Source: an uncultured Candidatus Saccharibacteria bacterium
GTDB taxonomy: Bacteria > Patescibacteriota > Minisyncoccia > Phycocordibacterales > UBA9973
Length of the DNA stretch: 47,398 nt
Reading direction: 5' to 3'
Assembly (NCBI GenBank): GCA_964395435.1
Contig: CAYNAO010000003.1
Span: 1 to 47,398, forward strand
Shown here: positions 18,168 to 27,400 of the stretch, one piece after another
Position numbering within the stretch: position 1 is the stretch's first letter
Layout: every line of letters begins with the position of its first letter
Translations under genes and position numbers: made by a program
The notes under the pieces: model-generated
What the model was told of the DNA's origin: nothing
What the model saw: the letters and a program-made list of their open reading frames with translations, nothing else
Database searches by the model: none

Positions 18168-19316
18168 ATGAAAAAGTTTTTTTATTTTTCAGTAGCCTTG
18201 TTTTCTTTTCTTTTAGTCTCTTGTGGAGAGAAAGAAGAAGAAAATAAATTACCTGATAAAATTCTCCTTTCTCACAAGGAGTATTTTGATTTGGTGAAAT
18301 CTGCAGCGAAAGCCGAGATCAATTTTGAAATCCTTTCAAAAGCAAAAAAAGGAGAAGCCTTGGAATTGCTCATCCTTGAAGGGTGGAGACCTTCGGATTG
18401 TTGTTCTAGTAAAGAAAATAATTTTGATGTTAATCAAAATCATTTTTCAGGATATGGTGCTAAAAAGTACCAAAGATTTCCGGAGGGTACTTATGATACT
18501 GCTCCAAGAAGCACTTTGGCTTCAGAGGAAGATGTAGAGTATTTCCCGAATCCACCAACAGAAAAACAGCAATTTCCTTTTATTGAAAACTCACCAGTTT
18601 TTAACAATAATAATTGTTGTGATTTTGGTGAGCTTAAGAATTGGAAAAAACAAGAAGAACAGTCTTTGGGCTCAAATGGTTCAGATAATTTTTCCGAAAA
18701 AGATTTCAAGAAAGACACTTTGATTAAAAAAGTTCTTCCTTGGGAAATTGAGCTGGGGGCTGGGTTTTCGCGTGGACCATTAGGTGCTTTAAGATTTGGG
18801 AATTCCCGAGCTGAAGTAGGAGGTCTTTTCCTCTGGGATACAAAAAACAAAATTGCTAATAATTTAGCAGATGTTGTTTTGAAGCCCAAAGATGGAAATG
18901 GTTTTCGTTATGGAGTTTTTTATCATAATGAAATCTCTCCTCAAAAATGGGATATTCCTTCAGTCGAGACTAAAACTGTTTTAGCTGGAGGTGTAAGTAC
19001 TACAATTAGCTCTACTCGAAAAGTCGAAGTGGAGCAATGGAACATTCGTAAACAAACTATTGGAGCTGTTTTGGGTCTTCAGATGCAAGATGAAAAATTC
19101 TATGCTTCGGGGGATTTGATGCCAGGATTTTTAATTCAAAGAAAAGATGAAGATGATAAAGATTTTTTCTTTAATTTTCGTCTTTCTGGTGGGTATTTTT
19201 TAAATCCTAAAACGCTACTTGGTTTAAATGTTGGGATTGTGAATGATCAATTCTACCCAAGTTTGTCTATGCGATTTCTTCCAGGGAATATTGAAAAAAC
19301 TACTGAAAATAATTAA
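18168..19316 (+). CDS. hypothetical lipoprotein
   Basis: Signal peptide with lipobox LLVSCGE. The C-terminal half has alternating beta-strand-like patterns. I recognise no family. Confidence 0.5.
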   Translation: MKKFFYFSVALFSFLLVSCGEKEEENKLPDKILLSHKEYFDLVKSAAKAEINFEILSKAKKGEALELLILEGWRPSDCCSSKENNFDVNQNHFSGYGAKKYQRFPEGTYDTAPRSTLASEEDVEYFPNPPTEKQQFPFIENSPVFNNNNCCDFGELKNWKKQEEQSLGSNGSDNFSEKDFKKDTLIKKVLPWEIELGAGFSRGPLGALRFGNSRAEVGGLFLWDTKNKIANNLADVVLKPKDGNGFRYGVFYHNEISPQKWDIPSVETKTVLAGGVSTTISSTRKVEVEQWNIRKQTIGAVLGLQMQDEKFYASGDLMPGFLIQRKDEDDKDFFFNFRLSGGYFLNPKTLLGLNVGIVNDQFYPSLSMRFLPGNIEKTTENN

Positions 19317-19343
19317 TTTTTTTAAACCTTAAAATTTCAGACA

Positions 19344-20510
19344 ATGAAAAATTTAATTTTTGTATTTATATTTATCTTTGCTTTTTTGCCTTCTTGTACT
19401 ACCTACAATGAAGCAGAAGACACAATTAATATTCAGGTAGTGACTGCCGACCTTGGTTCAATTTTAGACAGATTAAATCAAATTGAATCTAAAACAGATG
19501 CAAAACTTGAAATAATTTTAAGAGATTTGAATATTATCAAACCTCAAATTAATTCAATGCTTGCGCAGGGCGAAATCAACCGGGAAAATTTGTTCATAAT
19601 TCGTAGTATCTTGACCCAAATCGAGTCTACTTTGATGCAAATTGCTTTAACTCAACAAGCTCAAGGTAATGATTTGACTGAAATCAAAAAACAACTTTTG
19701 GAAAATTATTTACTGCTTTTAAGTATAAATAATAATTTAGGAGATGTTAAAGCTTGGACTTTGGAAAACAAGGACAAGTTAACTCAGCTTATTGCTTTGT
19801 TTGGTGGATTAGAGAATATGCTAAACACAATTTTGGATACTTTGATTGACCAGGGTACATCGCAAGCTCAGATGTTTGAGAAATTAAATGCTTTAACTTT
19901 GCAGATGAGCGTTCTTCAAGGATCTCTTGAAACTTGGGGAAGCTTAATTGTTTCTAAAATTGACCAGCTTGGTTTAACTCTGCAGCAACAGGGAATAACT
20001 TTGGCGAATATCCTTGCTAATACTTCAAATCTGCCGTTTTTCACAGCGCAGGTTTTAGCAAAACTCGACGCCTTGCAGTTGTCTGTTAATGAAATTAAAT
20101 CGATTCAAATGGCAATTATAGACCATTTGTATGAGATTAAAGGGCAGATTGCAAATTTGCAAGATGTTGTTAATAGTATTTTTGTTCAAGTTATGCTTCT
20201 TCGTGAAGGTCAACTTGATATTCTTATTGCTATAAACAGCAAACTTTGTGGAGGGACGACTAATATCGTTAATAGCTATAATTATGCTTTTAATGAATAT
20301 TTCACGAGCATTACAAACATTAGCCAAATCTACAATGCTTGTAGTAATGGCTTAAACGGTTGTTCTGGGGGAGTAGTTCCGCCAGGAAATGTTTGCATGG
20401 TATTGAATGTTATGAATCCATTCATTGTTGGAAACAATAATAATGTGAATTATAACTTCGGAAGTTTGAATAATCAGAGTAATAACATTTCAAATAACTT
20501 TGGTTGTTAA
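19344..20510 (+). CDS. hypothetical coiled-coil lipoprotein with an N/G/C-rich tail
   Basis: Lipobox FLPSCTT, followed by about 270 aa of Q/L/I-rich heptad-like sequence. The C-terminus has CGG..., CSNGLNGCSGG and NNISNNFGC. Confidence 0.5.
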   Translation: MKNLIFVFIFIFAFLPSCTTYNEAEDTINIQVVTADLGSILDRLNQIESKTDAKLEIILRDLNIIKPQINSMLAQGEINRENLFIIRSILTQIESTLMQIALTQQAQGNDLTEIKKQLLENYLLLLSINNNLGDVKAWTLENKDKLTQLIALFGGLENMLNTILDTLIDQGTSQAQMFEKLNALTLQMSVLQGSLETWGSLIVSKIDQLGLTLQQQGITLANILANTSNLPFFTAQVLAKLDALQLSVNEIKSIQMAIIDHLYEIKGQIANLQDVVNSIFVQVMLLREGQLDILIAINSKLCGGTTNIVNSYNYAFNEYFTSITNISQIYNACSNGLNGCSGGVVPPGNVCMVLNVMNPFIVGNNNNVNYNFGSLNNQSNNISNNFGC

Positions 20511-20601
20511 AACAAAAAATCCTTTCTAGTTAAGCTAGTTGTATACATCTTTGATAAAAGTATCAAAGCTCTGTATATGTAAAAATTGAAATAATGGCAA
20601 A

Positions 20602-20630
20602 AGGGCTTTCGCGTAGCGAAAGCCCTTTTT
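20602..20630. terminator. bidirectional terminator between convergent genes
   Basis: gggctttcgc-gta-gcgaaagccc, flanked by an A-run and a T-run. Confidence 0.7.
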
Positions 20631-20636
20631 TATTTT

Positions 20637-21824
20637 TTAAAAACTCTCTAGAAATTCTTCAGTTTTTGGTTTTTCAGTAATTAATGACTTTGGTATTGGT
20701 AAATATATTGAGAATATAGTTTTACCATTTTCTTCGCTTGAGAATAATACTATTTTACCTTTATGATATTCTATTATTTTTTTACATATGTATAAACCTA
20801 AACCTATACCGTTCGGTTTTACCAATATAGCATTTTCTGATCTAAAGAATTTTTTAAACATTTTTTCTTGATCTATTTTTGGTATTCCTGTGCCATAATT
20901 TGCAATTTGAATTAGAATAAATTCACCTTCTGTTTGCAGAGAGATTTCTATATCGGTATCTTTGGTTCCGTAATTAAAAGCATTCTCTATTATATTTAAA
21001 ATAACTGAATTTATTCTATATGGATCAATAAATAATTTAATATCTTCTTGTAATTTATTATCAAAAACAATTTTTCTATTTTTGATCTTAGATTGCATTT
21101 CAAAAGTTTTTAATGCTTTTTCTAATAATTCTTTAATTTTTGTTTCTTGCATTTCGTATAAAAAATTATTCTCTTCAATCTGAGAAGTATTTAATAAATC
21201 ATCTATATTTTTAATAGTTTCATTATTTCTTTCGATGCATTTATTTACAATATCTTTTTGATCTTGATTTAAAGGTCCTTTTAATTCAGAAGACAGAACA
21301 TCAAGACCCCATTTTACTCCTGAAACAGGAGTTCTTAATTGATGAGAAGCTACTGTTACAAAGTTTGATTTTATTTTAGAAATTTCTTCATCTCTTTCTT
21401 TTACTGTGCGAAGTTTTTCAGCCATTTCATTGAATAGATTGATGATTATTCCAAATTCATCTTTTCTTTTTGTTTGAATATTTGTATTTAAATTGCCCAA
21501 AGAAATTTCTTTAATGTTTTTCATTATTAATTTAATTGGGCGAGCTATGTCTTCGGCTATTCTTATTGCTAAGAAGATTGCTGGTATTATGATTAATAAA
21601 ACAACAAAAATAAAATTATTTTGAAAATCAGAAATAAGCATTTTTAATTCTTCTTCAGTTACATTTAAATCACTTTTTTGAAAAGTCCAAATAACAAGAA
21701 AAGAATTAGCTATAATTGTGAATATACTAAATAAAACAAAACTCAAAAATATTTTTATAATTATAGGTCTTTTTGGTTTTTGGATAGCTTTTATTTGATT
21801 TTCTGTTTTTTCTATGTTTTCCAT
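20637..21824 (-). CDS. sensor histidine kinase (2 TM, HAMP, HisKA, HATPase_c)
   Basis: H-box VASHQLRTPVSG, N-box NIIENAFNYG and G-boxes GTGIP and GIGLGLYICKKI. No adjacent response regulator. Confidence 0.85.
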   Translation of the reverse strand: MENIEKTENQIKAIQKPKRPIIIKIFLSFVLFSIFTIIANSFLVIWTFQKSDLNVTEEELKMLISDFQNNFIFVVLLIIIPAIFLAIRIAEDIARPIKLIMKNIKEISLGNLNTNIQTKRKDEFGIIINLFNEMAEKLRTVKERDEEISKIKSNFVTVASHQLRTPVSGVKWGLDVLSSELKGPLNQDQKDIVNKCIERNNETIKNIDDLLNTSQIEENNFLYEMQETKIKELLEKALKTFEMQSKIKNRKIVFDNKLQEDIKLFIDPYRINSVILNIIENAFNYGTKDTDIEISLQTEGEFILIQIANYGTGIPKIDQEKMFKKFFRSENAILVKPNGIGLGLYICKKIIEYHKGKIVLFSSEENGKTIFSIYLPIPKSLITEKPKTEEFLESF

Positions 21825-21906
21825 ATTGTCTTTTGAAATAAAAATTTAGTATAATTATTATAACATAAATGTCGAGTTTATTATCAATAATTTTTTTAAA
21901 AATAAA

Positions 21907-22635
21907 ATGGAATTTATAGGATATACAGCTATCATTGATGCTGTGGTTGTAGTTGTTTCTTGGTTTGTTCTTTTAGGTAAACAAAAAAAGATGCAACAAG
22001 TTAATCAAAAAATTAAATATTTATCATCATATTTAATTTGGACTTTTGTTTTCTTATTATTAGTTGCTTATACTATTTTCTTCGTAGATCCTTCACAAAT
22101 GATGGTTGGCTTATTGGTAGCTGATTTGGTTTTGTGGGTTTCTATGGTTATCTTTATCATGATGATGTATGCAGGAACAGAAGGAAAACAAAAAGGTCTT
22201 TGGATTGGACTATTTTTGATTTTTGCTGCAATGAGAACTACTTGGCAAGTTGCTCAAATTCAAGGTATTGATACGAGTGGTTTAGGAGTTTGGATGAATG
22301 AACAATTCCTAGGCAAGCTTGATCAATGGCTTATGTATGCTGTTTGGGTTCCAGCAGCTATTGTGTTGATTATGGTTGGTTTAAATTCTGATAATGCTTT
22401 AGTTCGCTTGCGTTCAATTTTCTTTGCAATCGGATTATTATTGATTTCATTTACTTGGGCTTTTCGTTTCCTTATGGCAGCGGACTATTCACAAGAAGTA
22501 GGCTATATTGTAATTAGCTTGGGTTCTGTAATTGGATTTATTTTGCTTTTGATGGGATTCCTTTATAAAGGCAAAGAAAATTCTGATGATATGTCTGCTT
22601 CAAATTTGAATCAATCAAATCCACAAATGAATTAG
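21907..22635 (+). CDS. hypothetical polytopic membrane protein
   Basis: 242 aa with about 7 hydrophobic helices. I recognise no family. Confidence 0.5.
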   Translation: MEFIGYTAIIDAVVVVVSWFVLLGKQKKMQQVNQKIKYLSSYLIWTFVFLLLVAYTIFFVDPSQMMVGLLVADLVLWVSMVIFIMMMYAGTEGKQKGLWIGLFLIFAAMRTTWQVAQIQGIDTSGLGVWMNEQFLGKLDQWLMYAVWVPAAIVLIMVGLNSDNALVRLRSIFFAIGLLLISFTWAFRFLMAADYSQEVGYIVISLGSVIGFILLLMGFLYKGKENSDDMSASNLNQSNPQMN

Positions 22636-22670
22636 TTTTTTAGAGATAAAAAATATTCGCAATTAAAAAA

Positions 22671-22690
22671 TCCCCGAAAGGGGATTTTTT
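22671..22690 (+). terminator. intrinsic terminator
   Basis: tcccc-gaaa-gggga followed by tttttt. Confidence 0.65.
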
Positions 22691-22705
22691 AATATTTTTT
22701 TATTT

Positions 22706-22795
22706 TGTGGTCAGGAATATTTTCTCGTCGCCACTCGAAAATTTCACGACCCTGGCTCGCGATTTTGCGTGCTCGCAAAATATCACTCCGCCTTC
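22706..22795 (-). repeat. structured intergenic element, copy A (related to 24129-24195, opposite orientation)
   Basis: Shares tggtcaNNaatattttc ... gaaaatttcRcgaccc with the reverse complement of 24129-24195. Contains the hairpin attttgcg-tgct-cgcaaaat. Confidence 0.55.
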
Positions 22796-22802
22796 CACAA
22801 CT

Positions 22803-22829
22803 AAAAAACAGCACTAAAGTGCTGTTTTT
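22803..22829. terminator. hairpin terminator downstream of tRNA-Ala
   Basis: aaaaaa-cagcac-taaa-gtgctg-ttttt. Confidence 0.6.
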
Positions 22830-22839
22830 CTTAACGTTG

Positions 22840-22913
22840 TGGACCCTACAGGACTCGAACCTGCCACCTCCTCATTGCAAATGAGGCGCTCTAGCCAGAT
22901 GAGCTAAGGGCCC
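22840..22913 (-). tRNA. tRNA-Ala (anticodon UGC)
   Basis: The reverse complement reads GGGCCCT-TA-GCTC-ATCTGGCTA-GAGC-G-CCTCA-TTTGCAA-TGAGG-AGGTG-GCAGG-TTCGAGT-CCTGT-AGGGTCC-A. It has a G3:U70 pair and anticodon TGC. Confidence 0.9.
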
Positions 22914-22989
22914 GAACAACTTACAAAACTATTTTATACGATTTAAAATAAAAAGCAATAGTTTACTGTTTTTATGTATAATATAAGTT

Positions 22990-24021
22990 GTGAAATATAA
23001 ATTATATACAAATTCATATCATGCTTGGAAAGCTATGTATCAAGAAATAGAGCAAGCTAAAAAGTCTGTTTATTTAGAGATGTATATTTTTCAAAACGAT
23101 ATAGAGAAATATAATTTTTTTAATTTACTAAAATTTAAATCCCAGGATGGAATAAAAGTTAAATTAATTTTAGATTCTTTTGGCAGTAAAGAGCTTATTG
23201 ATAAATATGTTTCAGATTTGCGTAATAATGGAGTCGAGGTTTTGTTTATGAGTTTTCTTTTTCATCGTATGCATAGAAAGGTTTTAATTATAGATGAAAA
23301 TACTGCTTTTATAGGTGGAGTTAATATTCATAAAACTGCAAAATTTTGGAATGATTTAGTTTTAATGATAAAAGGGGATTTGGTGAATAAGATTTTTGAA
23401 TCTTTTATTAAGTCATATATTAAAGCAGGAGGGGAGGATTCTTTGCTGGTTTCTAAAATAAATAAAAAGGATAATAAAATAAAGTCTTGGCTAATCGAAC
23501 ATTCACCAGCACATAAGATTTTTAGCCTAAAAAAAATTTACAAAGAAAATTTAAAAAAAGCTGAAAAAAATATTATTTTGGTTACTCCGTATTTTATGCC
23601 CAAAAGATGGCTGGTTGCTATTTTGCATCAAGCTATGTTGCGAGGAGTTTCAGTAGAGATTTTGGTGCCAAAGAATACTGATCATGGTTGGTTTTTTGAT
23701 CGTATAAATTATTATTATGTAAATAAATTAAAAAAATTGGGTGCCAATTTTTATTTACACAATAAAATGAATCATGCAAAATTAACTATTATTGATAATC
23801 AAAAAGCAATTATTGGATCGAATAATATAGATTTTTTATCATTTGATTTTAATTCTGAGATTGGGATTTTATTAGAAGAAAAAAATGTTATTTCAAAATT
23901 ATTAAGAATAGTAAAAAATTGGCAGAACAATTCTTCTTTATTTGATTTAAAAAGATATAAAACTAAATGGTTTGATTATATAATTTCGCCTTTAATGTCT
24001 ATTTTTTACAGGGTATTTTAG
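22990..24021 (+). CDS. phospholipase D-family protein (cardiolipin synthase-like, two HKD motifs, no TM seen)
   Basis: HRKVLIIDENTAFIGGVNI and HAKLTIIDNQKAIIGSNNID. GTG start. Confidence 0.75.
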   Translation: MKYKLYTNSYHAWKAMYQEIEQAKKSVYLEMYIFQNDIEKYNFFNLLKFKSQDGIKVKLILDSFGSKELIDKYVSDLRNNGVEVLFMSFLFHRMHRKVLIIDENTAFIGGVNIHKTAKFWNDLVLMIKGDLVNKIFESFIKSYIKAGGEDSLLVSKINKKDNKIKSWLIEHSPAHKIFSLKKIYKENLKKAEKNIILVTPYFMPKRWLVAILHQAMLRGVSVEILVPKNTDHGWFFDRINYYYVNKLKKLGANFYLHNKMNHAKLTIIDNQKAIIGSNNIDFLSFDFNSEIGILLEEKNVISKLLRIVKNWQNNSSLFDLKRYKTKWFDYIISPLMSIFYRVF

Positions 24022-24092
24022 AATCACAAAAAATGTTGTTTTTTTTATAAAATCTGATAATATAGATTATGTTCTTGAAAACAGAATAAATT

Positions 24093-24217
24093 CGGGAGTA
24101 GCTTAAATACTATGGGATAGTATTTAAGAGTCGGAGGCACGAAGGTGCCGAGTCGGGGTCGCGAAATTTTCCAGCAGGAAAATATTTGTGACCAGCGGTT
24201 CCGCTGAGCTACTCCCT
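24093..24217 (+). ncRNA. multi-hairpin structured element directly upstream of tRNA-Asn (copy B of the 22706-22795 repeat plus extra hairpins)
   Basis: Closing stem gggagtagct / agctactccc. Hairpin cttaaatactat-ggg-atagtatttaag. Hairpin ggcac-gaag-gtgcc. Hairpin ggtcgcgaaattttcc-agca-ggaaaatatttgtgacc, with G-U pairs possible only on the + strand. Function unknown. Confidence 0.4.
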
Positions 24218-24225
24218 AAATAAAT

Positions 24226-24297
24226 TCGGGAGTAGCTCAGCGGTAGAGCGGTCGCCTGTTAAGCGATTGGTCGTAGGTTCGATCCCTACCTCCCGAG
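24226..24297 (+). tRNA. tRNA-Asn (anticodon GUU)
   Basis: TCGGGAG-TA-GCTC-AGCGGTA-GAGC-G-GTCGC-CTGTTAA-GCGAT-TGGTC-GTAGG-TTCGATC-CCTAC-CTCCCGA-G. Confidence 0.92.
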
Positions 24298-24337
24298 CAG
24301 ATTAATTTGGTGAAAGTGACCTAACTGCGTCATCAAA
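24295..24337. repeat. direct repeat DR1 (starts in the last 3 nt of tRNA-Asn); partner at 34399-34441
   Basis: gagcagattaatttggtgaaagTgacctAaCtgcgtcaTCaaa versus gagcagattaatttggtgaaagCgacctGaGtgcgtcaCTaaa. That is 38 of 43 identical, with the first 22 perfect. Confidence 0.8.
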
Positions 24338-24361
24338 AAACTAAGTAAAATATAGACAAAA

Positions 24362-24386
24362 AACGGCGATGAAAATCGTCGTTTTT
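24362..24386 (+). terminator. intrinsic terminator after tRNA-Asn
   Basis: acggcgat-gaaa-atcgtcgt (one G-U pair) followed by tttttt. Confidence 0.6.
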
Positions 24387-24487
24387 TGTATGCATTATTA
24401 TAATTAAGTTATTTCTTCCTATTTTTTTATCTATAGTTTATAATTAACATATATTTGTTCTATCATTATTAATTTATTTATTATTTT

Positions 24488-27400
24488 ATGCAACAATTAT
24501 TACATCCATATATTAAACAATTAGCAACTTTTCTTACTATAGTTTCTTTCTTTTTGGCGCCACTAGCGCCAATTTTTGCTCAAGAAGCAATTTCAAATCC
24601 TGAGCAAAGTAATACAGAAGAAATTAATAATACTTCTATTGATACTAATAATACGAATGAGATAAATACAGGGACAGTAGAAGAAAGTAATACTATTAAT
24701 CAAGAAGACAATTTGAGTAATGCTTCAAATGAAGAAATACCTATATCTAATGAAGAGGAGAGTAATGGTTTAAATGAAGAGCCTCAAAATCCCGAACCAT
24801 TAACTAATCCATCAGGAGGTTTTGGAAATGATACAAGAGATTTGCCTAATATTAATTTACCACAAATAGATAAAGCTTCAGGTGGTTTAGTTTATAATTT
24901 TGAAATTAAAACACCCCCTGGAAGAAATGGTTTTAATCCAAAAATCTCTTTAAATTATAATAGCCAAGAAAATGACAATCAAAATATTTTTGGATATGGA
25001 TGGGGTGTTGATATACCTTATATAAAAAGATTAAATAAAACAGGAATAGATAAATTATATATCGATAATTATTTTTACTCTTCTTTATCAGGGGAGCTTG
25101 TTTTGGTTTCTGGTAATACTTATGCTCCGAAAGTAGAAGACGGTAAATTTTTAACCTATAATTTTGATGGTACATATTGGACAATTAAAAATAAAGAAGG
25201 AATGATTTATAAATTTGGAGAAAATCCTTCAGCTAGACAAAATAATACAGATGATACAAAGACTTTTAAATGGATGCTAGAAGAAACAAGAGATACTAAT
25301 GATAATTATATAAAATATGAATATTATAAAGACGAAGGTCAAATATATCCTGAATCAATAATATATACAGGTAATGGTAATGTTGATGGAATTTTTTCTA
25401 TTTCTTTTTTAAGAGAAAGTAGAAATGATAATATTTTGCAAAATTATGCAGTTTTTAATGTTAAAACTAATTATCGTATAAATGAAATACAAACTAAAAT
25501 AAATGGTAATTGGGTTAGTAAATATGAATTAGATTATGTAAATGGTGATAATGGTAAAAGATCTTTACTATCAAGTATTATTGAATCTGGAAAAGATGAA
25601 ACTTTAAATATTGTAGTATTACCGGCTTTAGAATTTTCATATCAAACTATTACTTCAGGACCAGATTTCGTATCAGATTTTAGTTGGTCATCTTCACCAT
25701 CTCAAACTTTGTTTACTGATCCATCCTACGGTACAATTATTGCCGATGTAAATAATGATGGTTTACCTGATCTATTAGAGTCTTGGCAAAATCAAGATTA
25801 TTGGTATAGAGGTACATATTTAAATAATGGTGATGGAACTTGGACAGAGGATGAAAATCTAGAACCACCTTTTCCTTTTGCTGGAGAAGCTCCAATCCAT
25901 GAATTTGGAATCAGAGCAGCTGATATAAATGGTGATGGTTTAACTGATATTGTTCAAAGTTATAATAATGGTCCAGGTCAAAGTAATACTATTCAAAGAG
26001 TGTATATTAATACTGGTACATCTTGGTATCTTAATAATAACTGGGAGCCTAAATGTTTTTTTTCAGGTTGGCCAATGGGAGATCCTGGATGTCGGTTGTT
26101 TGATATAAATGGAGATAATTTACCTGATTTTGTTCAGGCAATTGGTGATAATAGTTGGAATCCACCAATTACTACTCAAGTTTATTTAAATAATGGTAAT
26201 GGTTGGAATTCACTTGATAATACATGGAATATTCCAATTGATTTAAGACCTGGTGTTATGATTGTTGATTATAATGGTGATGGTCTAGTTGATTTTTTAA
26301 AGGGATATAAAAATCCTAGCCCTAATCCCCCTATAGATATTAAACAAGCTTACAAAAACAATGGAGATAAAACTTGGTCTTTAGATTCTGCTTATGCGCC
26401 ACCTATTGCTTTTGCTGTTCAAACCAATCAGTCTGCTTTACCACTCAGTACTGGCACTGAGCTTGCAGATATTAATGGAGATGGTTTAATTGATATATTA
26501 AAAGGTACAGAAACGGAAAGTGGTGTTCATTTAAATAGTGGTACTGGATGGTATTTTTCCACAAGCTGGGATTTTGGTTATGGTTCTGCTCCACAATATA
26601 CACCTTCACCTGTGAGATTAGGTGATTTTGATGGTGATGGTATGATTGATAAATTTAATAGCGCCAGTGGTAGTTCTACTTTATCTAGAAATCAGAAAAA
26701 AAGAGCTGATTTAATGATTATTGCTGAAAATCAATACGGAGGTGTTACCGATATAGAATATAAAGCTACTCCTAAATATGTAAATTCTAATGGTGATCTA
26801 CTAAATCCTGATTTACCTTTTGTTATGATGACTGTGTATCAAACTACAAGTAACCCAGGTCAAGGAAATCCAAATATTATTAATACATACTTATATGAAG
26901 GAGGGGATTATTATTTTAATAATAATTTAGATAAAAGATTTTCTGGTTTTAATAAAATTTCTGAGAATGATTCTTTAAATAAAACAATTACCTATTTCCA
27001 CCAAGGAAATCAAACAGATTCTACTAATGGAGAATACGAAGATCATCCTTCAAAAATTGGTAAAGCTTATCGTATAGAAAGTTATAACAATTCAGGTAAT
27101 TTATACAACGCAGTAGTAAATAAATGGGATAGATATAATCAAGATACAGGTAGAGATTTTGTAAAGTTAAATAGAAAAACTAATCTTACTTATGATGGAG
27201 ATAATGATCACAAAGATACATCAGAAGAATATGTTTTTGAAGACACTTATGGTAATTTAACTCAAAGAGTATTTTGGGGAGAAGTAAATGCTAATAATGA
27301 TGGAACTTTTACTGACACAGGAAATGATAAATATACAGAAGAAATTACTTATGCAAATAATACTAATGAATATATTGTTGGATTACCTGCACAAGATGTT

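Noticed and set aside
22990-24021. Considered the TM-less two-HKD PLD protein as a defence or toxin effector, because it sits between two tRNAs and two structured repeats.
   Set aside because: The two-HKD architecture of this size fits ordinary cardiolipin/phosphatidylserine synthase-like enzymes equally well. Nothing in the sequence alone favours a conflict role.
24093-24217. Considered whether the multi-hairpin element upstream of tRNA-Asn is SRP (4.5S) RNA. It has a closed 5'/3' stem and a GAAG-loop hairpin flanked by agtcgg on both sides.
   Set aside because: The conserved SRP domain IV pattern (GGAA tetraloop with AGCA-containing symmetric loop) is not present. A related second copy exists 1.4 kb away, which an essential single-copy SRP RNA would not have.
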